A stretch of DNA of 64,000 bases from Candidatus Latescibacterota bacterium (GCA_965215195.1 CBDCDC010000002.1:3392001-3456000); one strand, 5' to 3'; counted from the first letter of the stretch, positions 29,300 through 39,264 are shown. Translations and numbers: made by a program. Notes: a model not told the origin generated them from the letters alone.

Positions 29300-31174
29300 A
29301 TGGAAAAACTGGTCTGGCTGCTGCTCTTTACCGTTGGCTACTGGTCTTACTGCGTCTTCTGGGGCATCAAAGGGGCCCGCCAAGCTAAGACAGCTTCGGA
29401 TTACTTTATCGCCGGGCGCGGCATTGGCCTGTGGGTCTTTGTGCTGGCCGCCACCGCCACCTCCTTTAGCGGCTGGACCTTTGTCGGCCACCCCGGCACC
29501 ATCTACAACGTCGGCTTGCCCTACGCCTTTGCCTCCTTCTACGCCATCACCATCCCCTTCACCGGGGTGTTGTTCCTCAAGCGCCAGTGGCTTTTGGGGC
29601 AGCGCTTCGGCTATATCACCCCGGGCGAAATGTTCAGCGACTATTACCGCACGGATGCGATGCGCTTCCTCACCGTTATCGTCGCGCTCGTATTCAGCGT
29701 GCCCTATCTGGGCATCCAGCTCAAGGCTTCGGGCCTGCTTTTCAACCGCCTGACGACCGGCACCCCGCTGGAGGGCAGCTTCATCGGCTCGGTTGAGGGT
29801 GGGGCAATTGTGCTTTCGGTCGTCGTCTTTATCTACGTAGCATCCGGCGGGTTGCGCTCGGTCGCCTACGTCGACTGCGCCCAGTGCATCCTTTTGGCGC
29901 TCGGCATCGTCGTCCTCGGCTTTATTGCCCTCGACTTAGTCGGCGGCTGGACGGCCTTCAAGGGGGGGTTGGCCGCCCTCGCCCAACAAAAACCCGATAT
30001 GGTCGCCATTCCGACCCGGCCGGAGTCCGACTCCTTCCTCGAGCGAGCCGGCACCCTGTTTTTCGACAGCGCCGGCGGCCCTTGGACCGGCCTGATGATC
30101 CTGACCTATATGTTCGCCTTGATGGGCATCCAGTCGGCCCCGGCCTTTTCCATGTGGGCTTTTGCCAACCGCGACCCTCGGCCCTTTCCTTGGCAACAGG
30201 TTTTCGCCTCTTCCCTCGTCATCGGCGGCATCATGTTCTTCTTCACCGCCTTCCAAGGCTTAGGCGTCCGGCTCCTCGATATGGAACTGGTCGCCGGGAC
30301 TAAGCCCCTCGGCCTGCCGGCATCCGACCACTTGGTTCCCTACCTGATAGACACCTTAGCCGACAGCTTCCCCTTCCTCTTGGGGCTTCTGGCCGTTTGT
30401 GCGCTAGCCGCGATGCAATCGACCGGGGCCGCCTATATGTCAACGGCCAGCGGCATTATTACCCGCGACCTCTACCGCCATTTCTTCGACAAAGAGGCAT
30501 CGCACTCGGCCCAAGTCTTTGTCGGCCGCTTGAGCGTGGCCATCGTCGTCAGCCTAGCTCTGCTAGTCGGCTTGGCCTCCGGCGATCTGCTCGTCTTGCT
30601 GGGGGGGTTGGCCGTTTCCTATGGATTCCAGATGTGGCCGGCCCTGCTGGGCATCTGCTACATCCGCTTCTTCACTCCCCAAGGCATCGTCGCCGGCCTC
30701 ATCGCCGGCCTCATCGCCGTTACCTTCACCTATATAACCGAGCTGGGCGGGCTCATAGGCATTGGCCGCTATCCGCTCACACTCCACAGCGCCGGTTGGG
30801 GCATCCTCTTTAATATGGGCATTGTCGTTGTCGTCAGTTTTTTCACCCAGCCCAAGGAAGCCCGCCACCTGACCCACCGCGACCGCTACCACCACTTCCT
30901 CCAAGCGCACACCGCCCTGCCCGAGGCCAAAAAGAAATGGAAAGCACCGGTGTGGATTCTGACGGTAGTTTGGTTCCTCTGTGCCATCGGCCCCTTTGCC
31001 GTCCTCGGCAATCAGACCGATCCCGCCCAGTGGCCCTTGGGCATCCCCTCGCTGTGGGTATGGCAGATCGCCTGGTGGATCATCGGCTGTTTTATGATGT
31101 ATTTGCTGGCTTTTAAGCTGGAAATGTCCACCGTCCCCGCCCGCGAGGTCGAATCCCCGCCGCAAGACGCCTGA
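29300..31174 (+). CDS. Sodium:solute symporter family protein
   Basis: DYFIAGR, ATSFSGWTFVGHPG, GGLRSVAYVD, ALAAMQST. Many TM helices. Confidence 0.92.
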   Translation: MEKLVWLLLFTVGYWSYCVFWGIKGARQAKTASDYFIAGRGIGLWVFVLAATATSFSGWTFVGHPGTIYNVGLPYAFASFYAITIPFTGVLFLKRQWLLGQRFGYITPGEMFSDYYRTDAMRFLTVIVALVFSVPYLGIQLKASGLLFNRLTTGTPLEGSFIGSVEGGAIVLSVVVFIYVASGGLRSVAYVDCAQCILLALGIVVLGFIALDLVGGWTAFKGGLAALAQQKPDMVAIPTRPESDSFLERAGTLFFDSAGGPWTGLMILTYMFALMGIQSAPAFSMWAFANRDPRPFPWQQVFASSLVIGGIMFFFTAFQGLGVRLLDMELVAGTKPLGLPASDHLVPYLIDTLADSFPFLLGLLAVCALAAMQSTGAAYMSTASGIITRDLYRHFFDKEASHSAQVFVGRLSVAIVVSLALLVGLASGDLLVLLGGLAVSYGFQMWPALLGICYIRFFTPQGIVAGLIAGLIAVTFTYITELGGLIGIGRYPLTLHSAGWGILFNMGIVVVVSFFTQPKEARHLTHRDRYHHFLQAHTALPEAKKKWKAPVWILTVVWFLCAIGPFAVLGNQTDPAQWPLGIPSLWVWQIAWWIIGCFMMYLLAFKLEMSTVPAREVESPPQDA

Positions 31175-31175
31175 G

Positions 31176-32870
31176 GTGCGCTCGGCCTTCCCTTTTCTCC
31201 GCCTGCTGCTAGCGCTCGGCGCGGCCCTGTTAGGCGCACTGCTCCTGCCCGACCAAGGCGCAACGAGCGGCCTGAGCCTCTTTCCGCCGGCCGCGGCCAT
31301 CCTCGTCGCCATCGCCACTGGCCGCTTGATCTTGGGATTAGGGTTGGCAATCGTCGGCGGTGCGCTCATTTCCCTGCCGGCCGACGTGCCGCTCTACGCG
31401 ATCCCGTTGCGCGGCTTAGAGCGCGCCCTCCTAGACTTTGTCTGGACCCCGCTGCGCGACTCCTTCCAGCTCTTCATCCTCGGCTTCACCGCTTCTCTCA
31501 TCGGCATGGTGCGCGTCATCTCGCTGGCCGGCGGCACCCGCGGCATCGCCGACCTGTTAGTGGCCCGGGCCGCGGGTGTGCGCTCGGCCCGGCTGGCCAC
31601 CGCGCTCTTGGGGCTGGCTGTCTTCTTCGACGATTACGCCAACTCGCTCGTCGTTGGCACGACCATGCGCCCCATTACCGATCGCTTTCGCATCTCGCGC
31701 GAAAAGCTGGCCTTTCTCGTCGATTCCACGGCCGCCCCGGTGGCCGGCATCGCCCTCGTCAGCACTTGGATCGGCTTTGAGGTGGGTCTGTTCGACAGCG
31801 CGATGGAGCAAGTCGGTGCTGGTATCTCCGGCTACGAACTGTTCTTCCGCGCTCTGCCGGCCCGCTTCTACTGCCTGTTAACCCTGACCTTCGTGCTGTG
31901 CTCCACCGTTGCCGGCCGCGATTTTGGCCCCATGCTCAAAGCTGAGCGCCGCACCCGGCGAACGGGCCAAGTCCTCGCGCCCGGAGCCCGCCCCATGACC
32001 GGCGACGCATCTCAACTCCCGGAGCACCCCGGCCTCCGCGCCCATTGGGCCGTGGCCGCAGGCCCGGTCCTCCTCGTCGTCGCTGGCGTCCTCGGCGGAA
32101 TGCACCTAGACGCCAGTCAAGCACCGGCCGTGGCGGCCGCCCGCGCCGAACACGGCTTTTTCGCTCGGCTCTACTGGATTGAAGTTTTCTCCCACGCCGA
32201 CGGCGCCAAAGTGATGTTTCTATCCGCCTTAGCCGGCTCGGCACTCGCAGCGGTCTTGGCCCTAACCCGCCGCGAGGAAGCAAGCCCCAAACGCCCGCTC
32301 GGCCTAGTGGAAGTCTGCAAGACTTGGGCGAGCGGCATTGCGGGCTTTTCCTATGCGCTGGTGATATTGATCATGGCCTGGGCGATCAAGGAAACCTGCG
32401 AGGCTGTCGAGACTTCGGCCTATATCGTCGGTGCGCTCTCCGGCTTCCTCGACCCGCACTTCCTCCCCCTCCTCGTCTTCTTGCTTGCCGCGGTGGTCGC
32501 CTTATCCATCGGCACCTCGTGGACGACTATGGCCGTACTGTTGCCGACCATGATTCCAGTAGCCTACGACTTGGGCGGTCTGGCGCTGACGGTTCTAGTC
32601 GCCGCCGCCGTATTGGACGGCGCAATCTTCGGCGACCATTGCTCTCCCATCAGCGACACCACCGTCCTCTCCAGCATTGCCGCCGCCTGCGACCACCTAG
32701 CCCACGTCCGCACCCAGATACCCTACGCTCTGACGACGATGACTATCGCCGGGCTGTGCGGCTACTTGGGCAGCACCCTGCTGTGGTCTCCGACCACTGG
32801 CTTGGCCGTGGGGCTGTGCCTGATTGTCGCAGTGATTTTTGCAGTGGGAAGGAAAACGGACGCCGATTGA
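31176..32870 (+). CDS. NhaC-family Na+/H+ antiporter-like transporter
   Basis: FFDDYAN, SREKLAFLVDSTAAP, GTSWTT, GAIFGDHCSPISDTT. Confidence 0.92.
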   Translation: MRSAFPFLRLLLALGAALLGALLLPDQGATSGLSLFPPAAAILVAIATGRLILGLGLAIVGGALISLPADVPLYAIPLRGLERALLDFVWTPLRDSFQLFILGFTASLIGMVRVISLAGGTRGIADLLVARAAGVRSARLATALLGLAVFFDDYANSLVVGTTMRPITDRFRISREKLAFLVDSTAAPVAGIALVSTWIGFEVGLFDSAMEQVGAGISGYELFFRALPARFYCLLTLTFVLCSTVAGRDFGPMLKAERRTRRTGQVLAPGARPMTGDASQLPEHPGLRAHWAVAAGPVLLVVAGVLGGMHLDASQAPAVAAARAEHGFFARLYWIEVFSHADGAKVMFLSALAGSALAAVLALTRREEASPKRPLGLVEVCKTWASGIAGFSYALVILIMAWAIKETCEAVETSAYIVGALSGFLDPHFLPLLVFLLAAVVALSIGTSWTTMAVLLPTMIPVAYDLGGLALTVLVAAAVLDGAIFGDHCSPISDTTVLSSIAAACDHLAHVRTQIPYALTTMTIAGLCGYLGSTLLWSPTTGLAVGLCLIVAVIFAVGRKTDAD

Positions 32871-32943
32871 ATTAGTGGTCAGTCCCCGCATCGCTGAGCC
32901 GACCGGGAATTGGGACTGGCACCGGCCACTGTAAGGAACTGAC

Positions 32944-33075
32944 CTTAGTACACGACCCCTAAAGTAGGCGCCCCTTACTTTGAGTACGCCTTTTCTGCGG
33001 TTTCCGCTGGGTCCGGGATCGAGGGCAAGATGCCCTCGATCCTTGGCAGGCTGAGGGCTGGTGTCGTGTAGTAAG
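32944..33075. mobile_element. MITE copy D (inverted relative of copy B)
   Basis: Ends CTTAGTACACGAC ... GTCGTGTAGTAAG. TSD GGAACTGAC / GGAACTAAC (one mismatch). Confidence 0.88.
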
Positions 33076-33083
33076 GGAACTAA

Positions 33084-33584
33084 CTACCACCCGGCCGTCG
33101 TCCGATCCACCAATTCCTCTAGCACCATGTTCAGCGCCCGCTCCACCGCTGGATCCCGTCCCTTTTCTTCGGCCAACGCCGCGTCATACGTCCCCGATCC
33201 CTCTAGGTCGGCCAATGCCAACAACACCTCCCCATCCTCCACTCTCACCAGCTCGGCCGCCACCAAGACCGCAAATCGGTACTGCTCGGTCTGCTCGGCT
33301 GTCGTATAGGTAAAGGGGCGGTCCTCAATCGAGATCACGTTGAGTTGCAAGAGGGCATCGGCACTCTCTTCGTCGACCACCCGCAGCTGGCCATCCTCAG
33401 CATAGGCATCAATGGCGCGTTCAGTCAGGCGCTCGGCCACGGCAAACTCCGAGGTCTGGTTGTCGGCTACGGGGATGCCAATGCTGCGGATGCCGCCCAG
33501 TAGACCGCCGGAAGTCGAGTAGTAAGCGCATCCCCCGATACAGAGCACCGCCAGCGCGACTCTAATCGTCCGATGCGCTCGCAT
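33084..33584 (-). CDS. LptE-like lipoprotein
   Basis: Lipobox IGGC-AYY, then IRSIGIPVADNQT...ADALLQLNV. Start is uncertain because of the upstream repeats. Confidence 0.65.
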   Translation of the reverse strand: MRAHRTIRVALAVLCIGGCAYYSTSGGLLGGIRSIGIPVADNQTSEFAVAERLTERAIDAYAEDGQLRVVDEESADALLQLNVISIEDRPFTYTTAEQTEQYRFAVLVAAELVRVEDGEVLLALADLEGSGTYDAALAEEKGRDPAVERALNMVLEELVDRTTAGW

Positions 33585-34059
33585 CGTCCTCGGCTGCCGC
33601 GCTCGCATCGTCTTCGGCTGCCGCGCTCGCATCGTTCTCGGCCGTCGCCAGCGACCGCGCTCCGTCGCCCACGGCGATAGGCTGATTCTGGGGCCGTCCC
33701 CGGACATCGGTCCCCCGCACCTCCAGCCGCTGCCACTGCTCTTGACCCGAGGCGCGGGCCACCGAGTGCTCGACCATCATCGCGCTCAACGGCCGGGTAT
33801 CGCCTACCATCGGTGCCTCGCCTACCACTGGAGCGCGCACGGTACACAGGCGCGCCTGTACATGGGTGGCGACCACCCGCGCCTTGACCACTTCCCAGCG
33901 ACCTAGCGGCTGCCCGCTGTCTGGGTCCTCAATCTCCCCGTGCAAGGCGAAAATGGCAAAGGCCATGCCCTCCTCGACTCCCTGCTCGCTACCGACGTTG
34001 AGCACCAGAGTTGTGTCGTCGATAATGGCGGCTACCTTGCCTTCAATAGGTGTACTCAT
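33562..34059 (-). CDS. Hypothetical protein (FlgT-C-like beta domain, acidic repeat tail)
   Basis: AGGAG RBS. GKVAAIIDDTTLVLNVGSEQGVEEG. Confidence 0.75.
   Translation of the reverse strand: MSTPIEGKVAAIIDDTTLVLNVGSEQGVEEGMAFAIFALHGEIEDPDSGQPLGRWEVVKARVVATHVQARLCTVRAPVVGEAPMVGDTRPLSAMMVEHSVARASGQEQWQRLEVRGTDVRGRPQNQPIAVGDGARSLATAENDASAAAEDDASAAAEDDASASDD
33577..33648. repeat. 3 x 24-bp tandem repeat
   Basis: GCTCGCATCGTCCTCGGCTGCCGC and two variants. Confidence 0.9.
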
Positions 34060-34073
34060 GCGGCTGTGCTCCT

Positions 34074-34111
34074 AAAAAAAGAAACCGGCCCGCGCTCGCT
34101 GGACCGGTCTC
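34074..34111 (-). terminator. Intrinsic terminator after the M23 peptidase gene
   Basis: GAGACCGGTCC...GGGCCGGTTTC hairpin followed by T7 on the - strand. Confidence 0.65.
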
Positions 34112-34167
34112 GATATGTTTGGTAGAAATTGGCTCCGACCGTGCGGTTGGAGAGTGAAGCGTTTAAC

Positions 34168-35181
34168 TCACTCGCCTGCGGCCCACCTATCGCCCTCACT
34201 GTTGTCGAATATGAAGTCTTCTGGATTCTTGTATCCTCGGTGCTTGCCCAATTGATGATCCCGCAAGCGCACCGCATAGTGCAAGTGGGGGCCGGTCGAT
34301 CGACCTGAGTTGCCCATCGTCCCGATCTTCTGTCCGCGCTTTATCTCCTGCCCTTGCTCGACCAAAATTTTGTCCAAGTGGCCGTATTCGGTCTGGTAGC
34401 CGCCTTGGCGCGCATAGGGTTGGCCCTGCTCGGCGAGTTCCTTTTTTCGATGATCGATAATAATCGTATTGCCGAGGTATTTATCCTTCGCGGCGTAGCT
34501 TACAAAGCCATCGGCCGTCGCGTAGATAGGCAACCCCTTGCGGCCGGCCAAATCGACGCCGCTGTGGAAGGCCCGACGACCGGTAAAGGGGTCCATGCGC
34601 CAACCAAAGGACGACGACCGCCATGTCCTCCCTTCGTGGACCGGTGAAATCGTGGGCAGGTATTGGACGTTGGTCTCTTGGAATCTGCGCTCGATTTCCG
34701 CAAAGCTCTCGGCCTGTAGATTGACCATCCGCTTCAGGTAGTCGATGCGCACGCCCAGCTCGCGCATCATTAGCTGCTTTTGGGGCGGCAAGGACGTGAA
34801 CTCCTCGGACAAATCCTCCACGCCCCCGACGCCGCCCGACGCCCCATCCGCGGCGAGCGGCTCCATCTCGTGGTGAGCGCGCAATCTGTCTTCCGTCGCC
34901 CTGAGCTGATCTATGGTCTGCCCGAGCTGCTGCACTTCCTCGCGGGTCTGCTCTAAGCTGTGTAGGAGAGTTTTGTTTTCGTCCTGCAAAGCCAGCAGAG
35001 CCTGATGATCGCCCGGCTTGTAAAAACCCTGTGCATAGGTGTAGTAACCAAGCACTCCCACAAGACCAAATCCTCCCAGCAGAGTCAGCCAGAGAATGCG
35101 GGGAAAAAAACCGTATTCCCGGATCTGACCATCGCGCGGGGAAATGACAATAAAAGTATAACGCTTGCCTAATATATTCAT
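34168..35181 (-). CDS. M23-family metallopeptidase
   Basis: N-terminal TM and coiled coil, HSGVD, YGHL, GRSTGPHLHY. Confidence 0.92.
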   Translation of the reverse strand: MNILGKRYTFIVISPRDGQIREYGFFPRILWLTLLGGFGLVGVLGYYTYAQGFYKPGDHQALLALQDENKTLLHSLEQTREEVQQLGQTIDQLRATEDRLRAHHEMEPLAADGASGGVGGVEDLSEEFTSLPPQKQLMMRELGVRIDYLKRMVNLQAESFAEIERRFQETNVQYLPTISPVHEGRTWRSSSFGWRMDPFTGRRAFHSGVDLAGRKGLPIYATADGFVSYAAKDKYLGNTIIIDHRKKELAEQGQPYARQGGYQTEYGHLDKILVEQGQEIKRGQKIGTMGNSGRSTGPHLHYAVRLRDHQLGKHRGYKNPEDFIFDNSEGDRWAAGE

Positions 35182-35321
35182 ACCTATCCCTCTGTTTGCT
35201 AGTCTGATAGCAAATTTTGAGGCATTCGTATTCGTTAGTATTGTATGTATTGGATATTGTTTGAGTTAAACCGTTCTAAGGTATAGACGCCACGGCGGAA
35301 AGTCAATCGCCAAATTCTCCC

Positions 35322-36068
35322 ATGCTCTTGGCTATCGACATCGGCAACACCTGTATTGACATCGGTCTTTTGGCCGGCGACGCGCTCGTTTTTCACCACA
35401 AATATCCCACGGCCCCCCCGGCCGATGCCGACCTCCAACGCCTGCTCGCACCGCTTGCCGCGCCCCCGGTTGGCGCGATCATCGGGTCGGTCGTCGCGGA
35501 ATTGGGGGCTGCGTACGCCGAGGCTTGCCGCGACTTCTTCTCCGGCCCCGTCCTCCAAGCGCACAGCACGTGGGATTGGGGCCTGCACATCGACTACGAC
35601 GACCCCGCTCGGATTGGCGTTGACCGCCTCGCCGCGGCCGCGGCCGCCCATCGCGCAGCCCCCGGCCAAGCGGTCGTGGTCGTCGATGCCGGCACTGCGC
35701 TCACGGTCGATGTCATTGACGCCGAGGGGACCTTCCGCGGCGGTGCCATTGCCCCAGGGCTGCGCCTCGGATTAAACGCCCTCAGCGCGGGCACCAGCTT
35801 CTTGCCCCAAGTTGAGCTAGCGGCCACAACGCCCCTGCAGGGCAAGAACACTGCGGACGGCCTGCGCTCGGGGGCCCTGCACGGGTCGGCCGCGCTCGTC
35901 GAGGGCCTCTGCGCTCGCATGGCCGCAACTTTAGACAGTCCGGCCGCGCTCTTCCTCACCGGCGGCGACGCCCCCCTGCTCCAGCCGCACATCGCCGCAG
36001 TCCACACTTGCGCCCCAGACCTCGTACTGCGCGGCTTGGCCCTCGCGTACTGGCGGCGCACTGCTTGA
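35322..36068 (+). CDS. coaX: Type III pantothenate kinase
   Basis: LAIDIGNT, IGVDR, VDAGTA, GGAIAPG, TGGDA. Confidence 0.93.
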   Translation: MLLAIDIGNTCIDIGLLAGDALVFHHKYPTAPPADADLQRLLAPLAAPPVGAIIGSVVAELGAAYAEACRDFFSGPVLQAHSTWDWGLHIDYDDPARIGVDRLAAAAAAHRAAPGQAVVVVDAGTALTVDVIDAEGTFRGGAIAPGLRLGLNALSAGTSFLPQVELAATTPLQGKNTADGLRSGALHGSAALVEGLCARMAATLDSPAALFLTGGDAPLLQPHIAAVHTCAPDLVLRGLALAYWRRTA

Positions 36069-36093
36069 CGCGATACCAGCCCATCCATAGTAT
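36065..36093 (+). promoter_or_regulatory. Putative sigma70 promoter of the S41 protease gene
   Basis: TTGACG-17 nt-TAGTAT, then AAGGAG RBS before the TTG start at 36136. Confidence 0.55.
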
Positions 36094-36135
36094 GTAACAG
36101 CAGTTCAACACGCCCCACTGACCAAGGAGTGTCGC

Positions 36136-38025
36136 TTGTCCATTTTGCGCATTTCGCTACTGCTCGCCCTCGTCGCGTTTACCTCCGACCTGAGGGCCGA
36201 GCACTCGGTTGAAGACGAATACAAAGCCCTGTTGTGGAAGACGGCCAAGACCATTCACCAGTACTACTACTACGTTGAGGAGGTGCATCCCGATTCCCTC
36301 GTGCAGGCGGCTGCGCACGGGATATTCAACGCCTTGGATCCAGCCTCGGAATACGCGTTCAATGCCCGCGCCCAATTCGACGGCGAGGGCACTGCAGGGC
36401 AGCTAGACCGTCGCTTCTACACCCTCATGCAGATGGCCCAAGCCATCGACGAGAATGCTTTTTATCCTGTTGCCGCGGATACGCTAATCCGCTTTGGCAT
36501 CGCCGGGATGATGGAAATTCTCGACCCCTATTCGGTGTTTTTGGAAAAGCACAACCTCGACAATTTCAACATCCAAACCCAAGGCAAATACGGAGGGCTG
36601 GGCTTCCGCATCCAAGTCGTCTATCCCGACAGCGCGATTGCCGTGTGGGGCCTCGTACACGACCAGACGCCAGCGGCCCTAGCCGGCGTCAAGGCCGGCG
36701 ACCTCATCACCGCGATCAACAACACCTCCACCAAGGGCATGTCGGCCGTCGTGGCTGCCGACAGCATGCGCGGCGAACCCGGCACCTCCGTGACCTTGAC
36801 CCTAGAGCGCGCCGACCGCGCTACTTCCTTTGACCTGACTATCGAACGCCAAGAAGTACAGATGAACAGCGTCTCCCTTGCCACCCTCTTCCCCGACAAC
36901 ACCGGCTACATCAAGCTCGGCAGCTTCCAAAAGGGGTCGAGCCGGGAGATGTTCAAAGCCATCGTCGAGCTAGAGGAACAAGGGATGCAGCGGCTGATCT
37001 TTGATCTGCGCAACAACGGCGGCGGGTACCTCGAAGAAGCTGTGCATATCGCCGATCTCTTCCTGCCCCGCGACCGCCTCGTGGCCTTTACCGAGGGCCG
37101 CGCCTTCAAAACTAAAGAGTACGCAACCCGCGAGGACGCCTTATTGCACGACACGCCCCTTGTCGTCTTGGTCAATCACCAGTCCGCTTCGGCGTCTGAG
37201 ATCGTCGCCGGTGCCATCCAAGACTGGGACCGCGGGCTGGTGCTGGGGACTACGACCGTGGGCAAAGGATCCGTTCAGCAGATCGTCCACATCGACGATC
37301 GCGCCGAGCTCAAGCTGACCATGGCCGCTTGGCACACGCCTTCGGGCCGCTCCATCGACAAGCGCATGCGCAAGGACTCCACCCTCGTCCGCGGGCACGA
37401 CGAGGAGTTCAAGACCCTCCGACTCGAGCGAATCGTCCGCGGCAGCGGCGGCATCACCCCAGACATTAAGGTCTCCGGGCGCACCCCCGGGCGCAGCGGC
37501 AGCCACCTCTACGCACAGCTCAACGGCTTCTACAGCCTCAACAACCAATTCTTCTACTACGCCCGCGAGTATCGGCTCAAATACCCAGCACTAACTCCAG
37601 ACTTCGTCGTCGGTCCAGCGGACCTAGCGGCTTTCCGCGCCTTTGCCGAAAACCGCGGGTTCAACTACATCAGCGAGCTCGAAGCTCAAGTCGAGGAATT
37701 GGACAAGGTCTCCGAAGGCGAGGAGTACAACCAACTCGCCAAGCCGCTCAGCCACCTGATCGATGAGATCGACAAAATCGAGGAAAAACACTGGCAGGAA
37801 AACGAAGAGCTCATCGCTTGGCGACTTACCTACGACATCCTCGAAAAGGCATTCGGGGGGCCAGTGGCCGAAGCGTACAACGTCACCGTAGATCCTCAAG
37901 TGCTGGAGGCGCGCCGCATCATCGCTGACCCGAGCGAGTACCAGATGTGGTTCGACAAAGGGGAAATAGGCGCACCAGCAGAGGACTCCATTGCCCAAGA
38001 GGACGGCAGCGGCGATCTCCAGTAG
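36136..38025 (+). CDS. ctpA: Carboxyl-terminal processing protease (S41)
   Basis: PDZ GGLG, DLRNNGGG, SASASEIVAG, GKGSVQ. Confidence 0.9.
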   Translation: MSILRISLLLALVAFTSDLRAEHSVEDEYKALLWKTAKTIHQYYYYVEEVHPDSLVQAAAHGIFNALDPASEYAFNARAQFDGEGTAGQLDRRFYTLMQMAQAIDENAFYPVAADTLIRFGIAGMMEILDPYSVFLEKHNLDNFNIQTQGKYGGLGFRIQVVYPDSAIAVWGLVHDQTPAALAGVKAGDLITAINNTSTKGMSAVVAADSMRGEPGTSVTLTLERADRATSFDLTIERQEVQMNSVSLATLFPDNTGYIKLGSFQKGSSREMFKAIVELEEQGMQRLIFDLRNNGGGYLEEAVHIADLFLPRDRLVAFTEGRAFKTKEYATREDALLHDTPLVVLVNHQSASASEIVAGAIQDWDRGLVLGTTTVGKGSVQQIVHIDDRAELKLTMAAWHTPSGRSIDKRMRKDSTLVRGHDEEFKTLRLERIVRGSGGITPDIKVSGRTPGRSGSHLYAQLNGFYSLNNQFFYYAREYRLKYPALTPDFVVGPADLAAFRAFAENRGFNYISELEAQVEELDKVSEGEEYNQLAKPLSHLIDEIDKIEEKHWQENEELIAWRLTYDILEKAFGGPVAEAYNVTVDPQVLEARRIIADPSEYQMWFDKGEIGAPAEDSIAQEDGSGDLQ

Positions 38026-38046
38026 GAGCTTGTACTTTGCGGCGGC

Positions 38047-39264
38047 ATGAACCGCTTTAGAGGGCCTGTTCCCTACCTCGTAACGGGCCTTTTAATTCAC
38101 GCCTTTTTCCTCGCCGCGCTCGGCACCGACCTCCTCCGGCCCCTCTTCAACGACGCCTCCCACACTCGCCGCGGCTTTGATTTCGGGGTTTTCTATTTGG
38201 CGGGCCAAGCCCTAGCCGAAGGCCGCGACATCTACTCGGTGGCGGGTGCCTTCGGCTTCCGCTATCTGCCGGCCTTTGCCTTGGTCGCCAGCCTTTTCGC
38301 CCACCTTCAGCCCCTCACCTCCTTCCTCCTGCACCTCTTTTGCACCGAGCTCTTCCTCGCGGCCAACCTCTATCTGACTTGGCGATGGGTCGAAGGGCCG
38401 CACCGAGGCTTAGCCCTGTTTATGTGGCTGGCGTACTCGCCTTATTTTCTCGAGCTCTACATGGGGCAGGTCAGCTTCTGGGCGGCCTCGCTGCTCTTTT
38501 GGCTCATCGTCGGCCTCCACAGCGGCCGGCAATGGGCGGCCGGCTTCTGTTGGGCGGGTGCCCTCTTGGTCAAACCCAACGCCTTAATCCTCGCCCCCGC
38601 GCTCCTCAAGCTCCGCGCCTATCGCGTCCTCGCCTTGGGACTGCTGGCCGGCTCGCTCACTTCGCTGCCCTACTTCCTCCTGCATCCAGATAGCTTGGCG
38701 GCCTTTCTCTCCACTAATGTCCATGACGCTCCCGTCCAAGGCACCCTCACCCATGCGGGCAATCTCGGGCTACAGGGTGGGCTGGTCAGCGTCGCGGCTC
38801 AGCTAGCTGGACAGCCACTCGCCGAGTTGACAACTCTCGCAGACCTCCCCCTCGCCGGCCGCGCACTCATCTACTCCTCGCAGGCCGCTATCCTCGTCGC
38901 GGCACTGGTGGCCACCTATCGCGGCCGCGCCGCCTTGCCGCTACTTGCGCTGTGGATGTGTACCTTTTTTCTCGTTTACAAAGACGTTTGGGAGCACCAC
39001 TACGTCTTTCTCCAGCCCGTACTCGTGGGCTTGTACGCGCGTTCAGGATCTCCCAAGCTCTTGTGGATATTCGCTTTTATCGCTCTGCCGACGCCCTTTG
39101 TCCTCTTCGACATCGAACCTAAAGTCTATGGGCCGATCGACCCTGAGCGCACGTGGGGGCCGGCCGTTTCCATCGCCTATCGCAGCACCAAACTCATTCC
39201 CCTCGGCTGCCTGTGGTACGGGCTGTGCCGCACGTGCTTGGCTGCTGCACCCACCAAGTCTTGA
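38047..39264 (+). CDS. GT87-like membrane glycosyltransferase
   Basis: DFGVFYLAG, FRYLPAFA, GQV, VWEHHY. Multiple TM helices. Confidence 0.75.
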   Translation: MNRFRGPVPYLVTGLLIHAFFLAALGTDLLRPLFNDASHTRRGFDFGVFYLAGQALAEGRDIYSVAGAFGFRYLPAFALVASLFAHLQPLTSFLLHLFCTELFLAANLYLTWRWVEGPHRGLALFMWLAYSPYFLELYMGQVSFWAASLLFWLIVGLHSGRQWAAGFCWAGALLVKPNALILAPALLKLRAYRVLALGLLAGSLTSLPYFLLHPDSLAAFLSTNVHDAPVQGTLTHAGNLGLQGGLVSVAAQLAGQPLAELTTLADLPLAGRALIYSSQAAILVAALVATYRGRAALPLLALWMCTFFLVYKDVWEHHYVFLQPVLVGLYARSGSPKLLWIFAFIALPTPFVLFDIEPKVYGPIDPERTWGPAVSIAYRSTKLIPLGCLWYGLCRTCLAAAPTKS

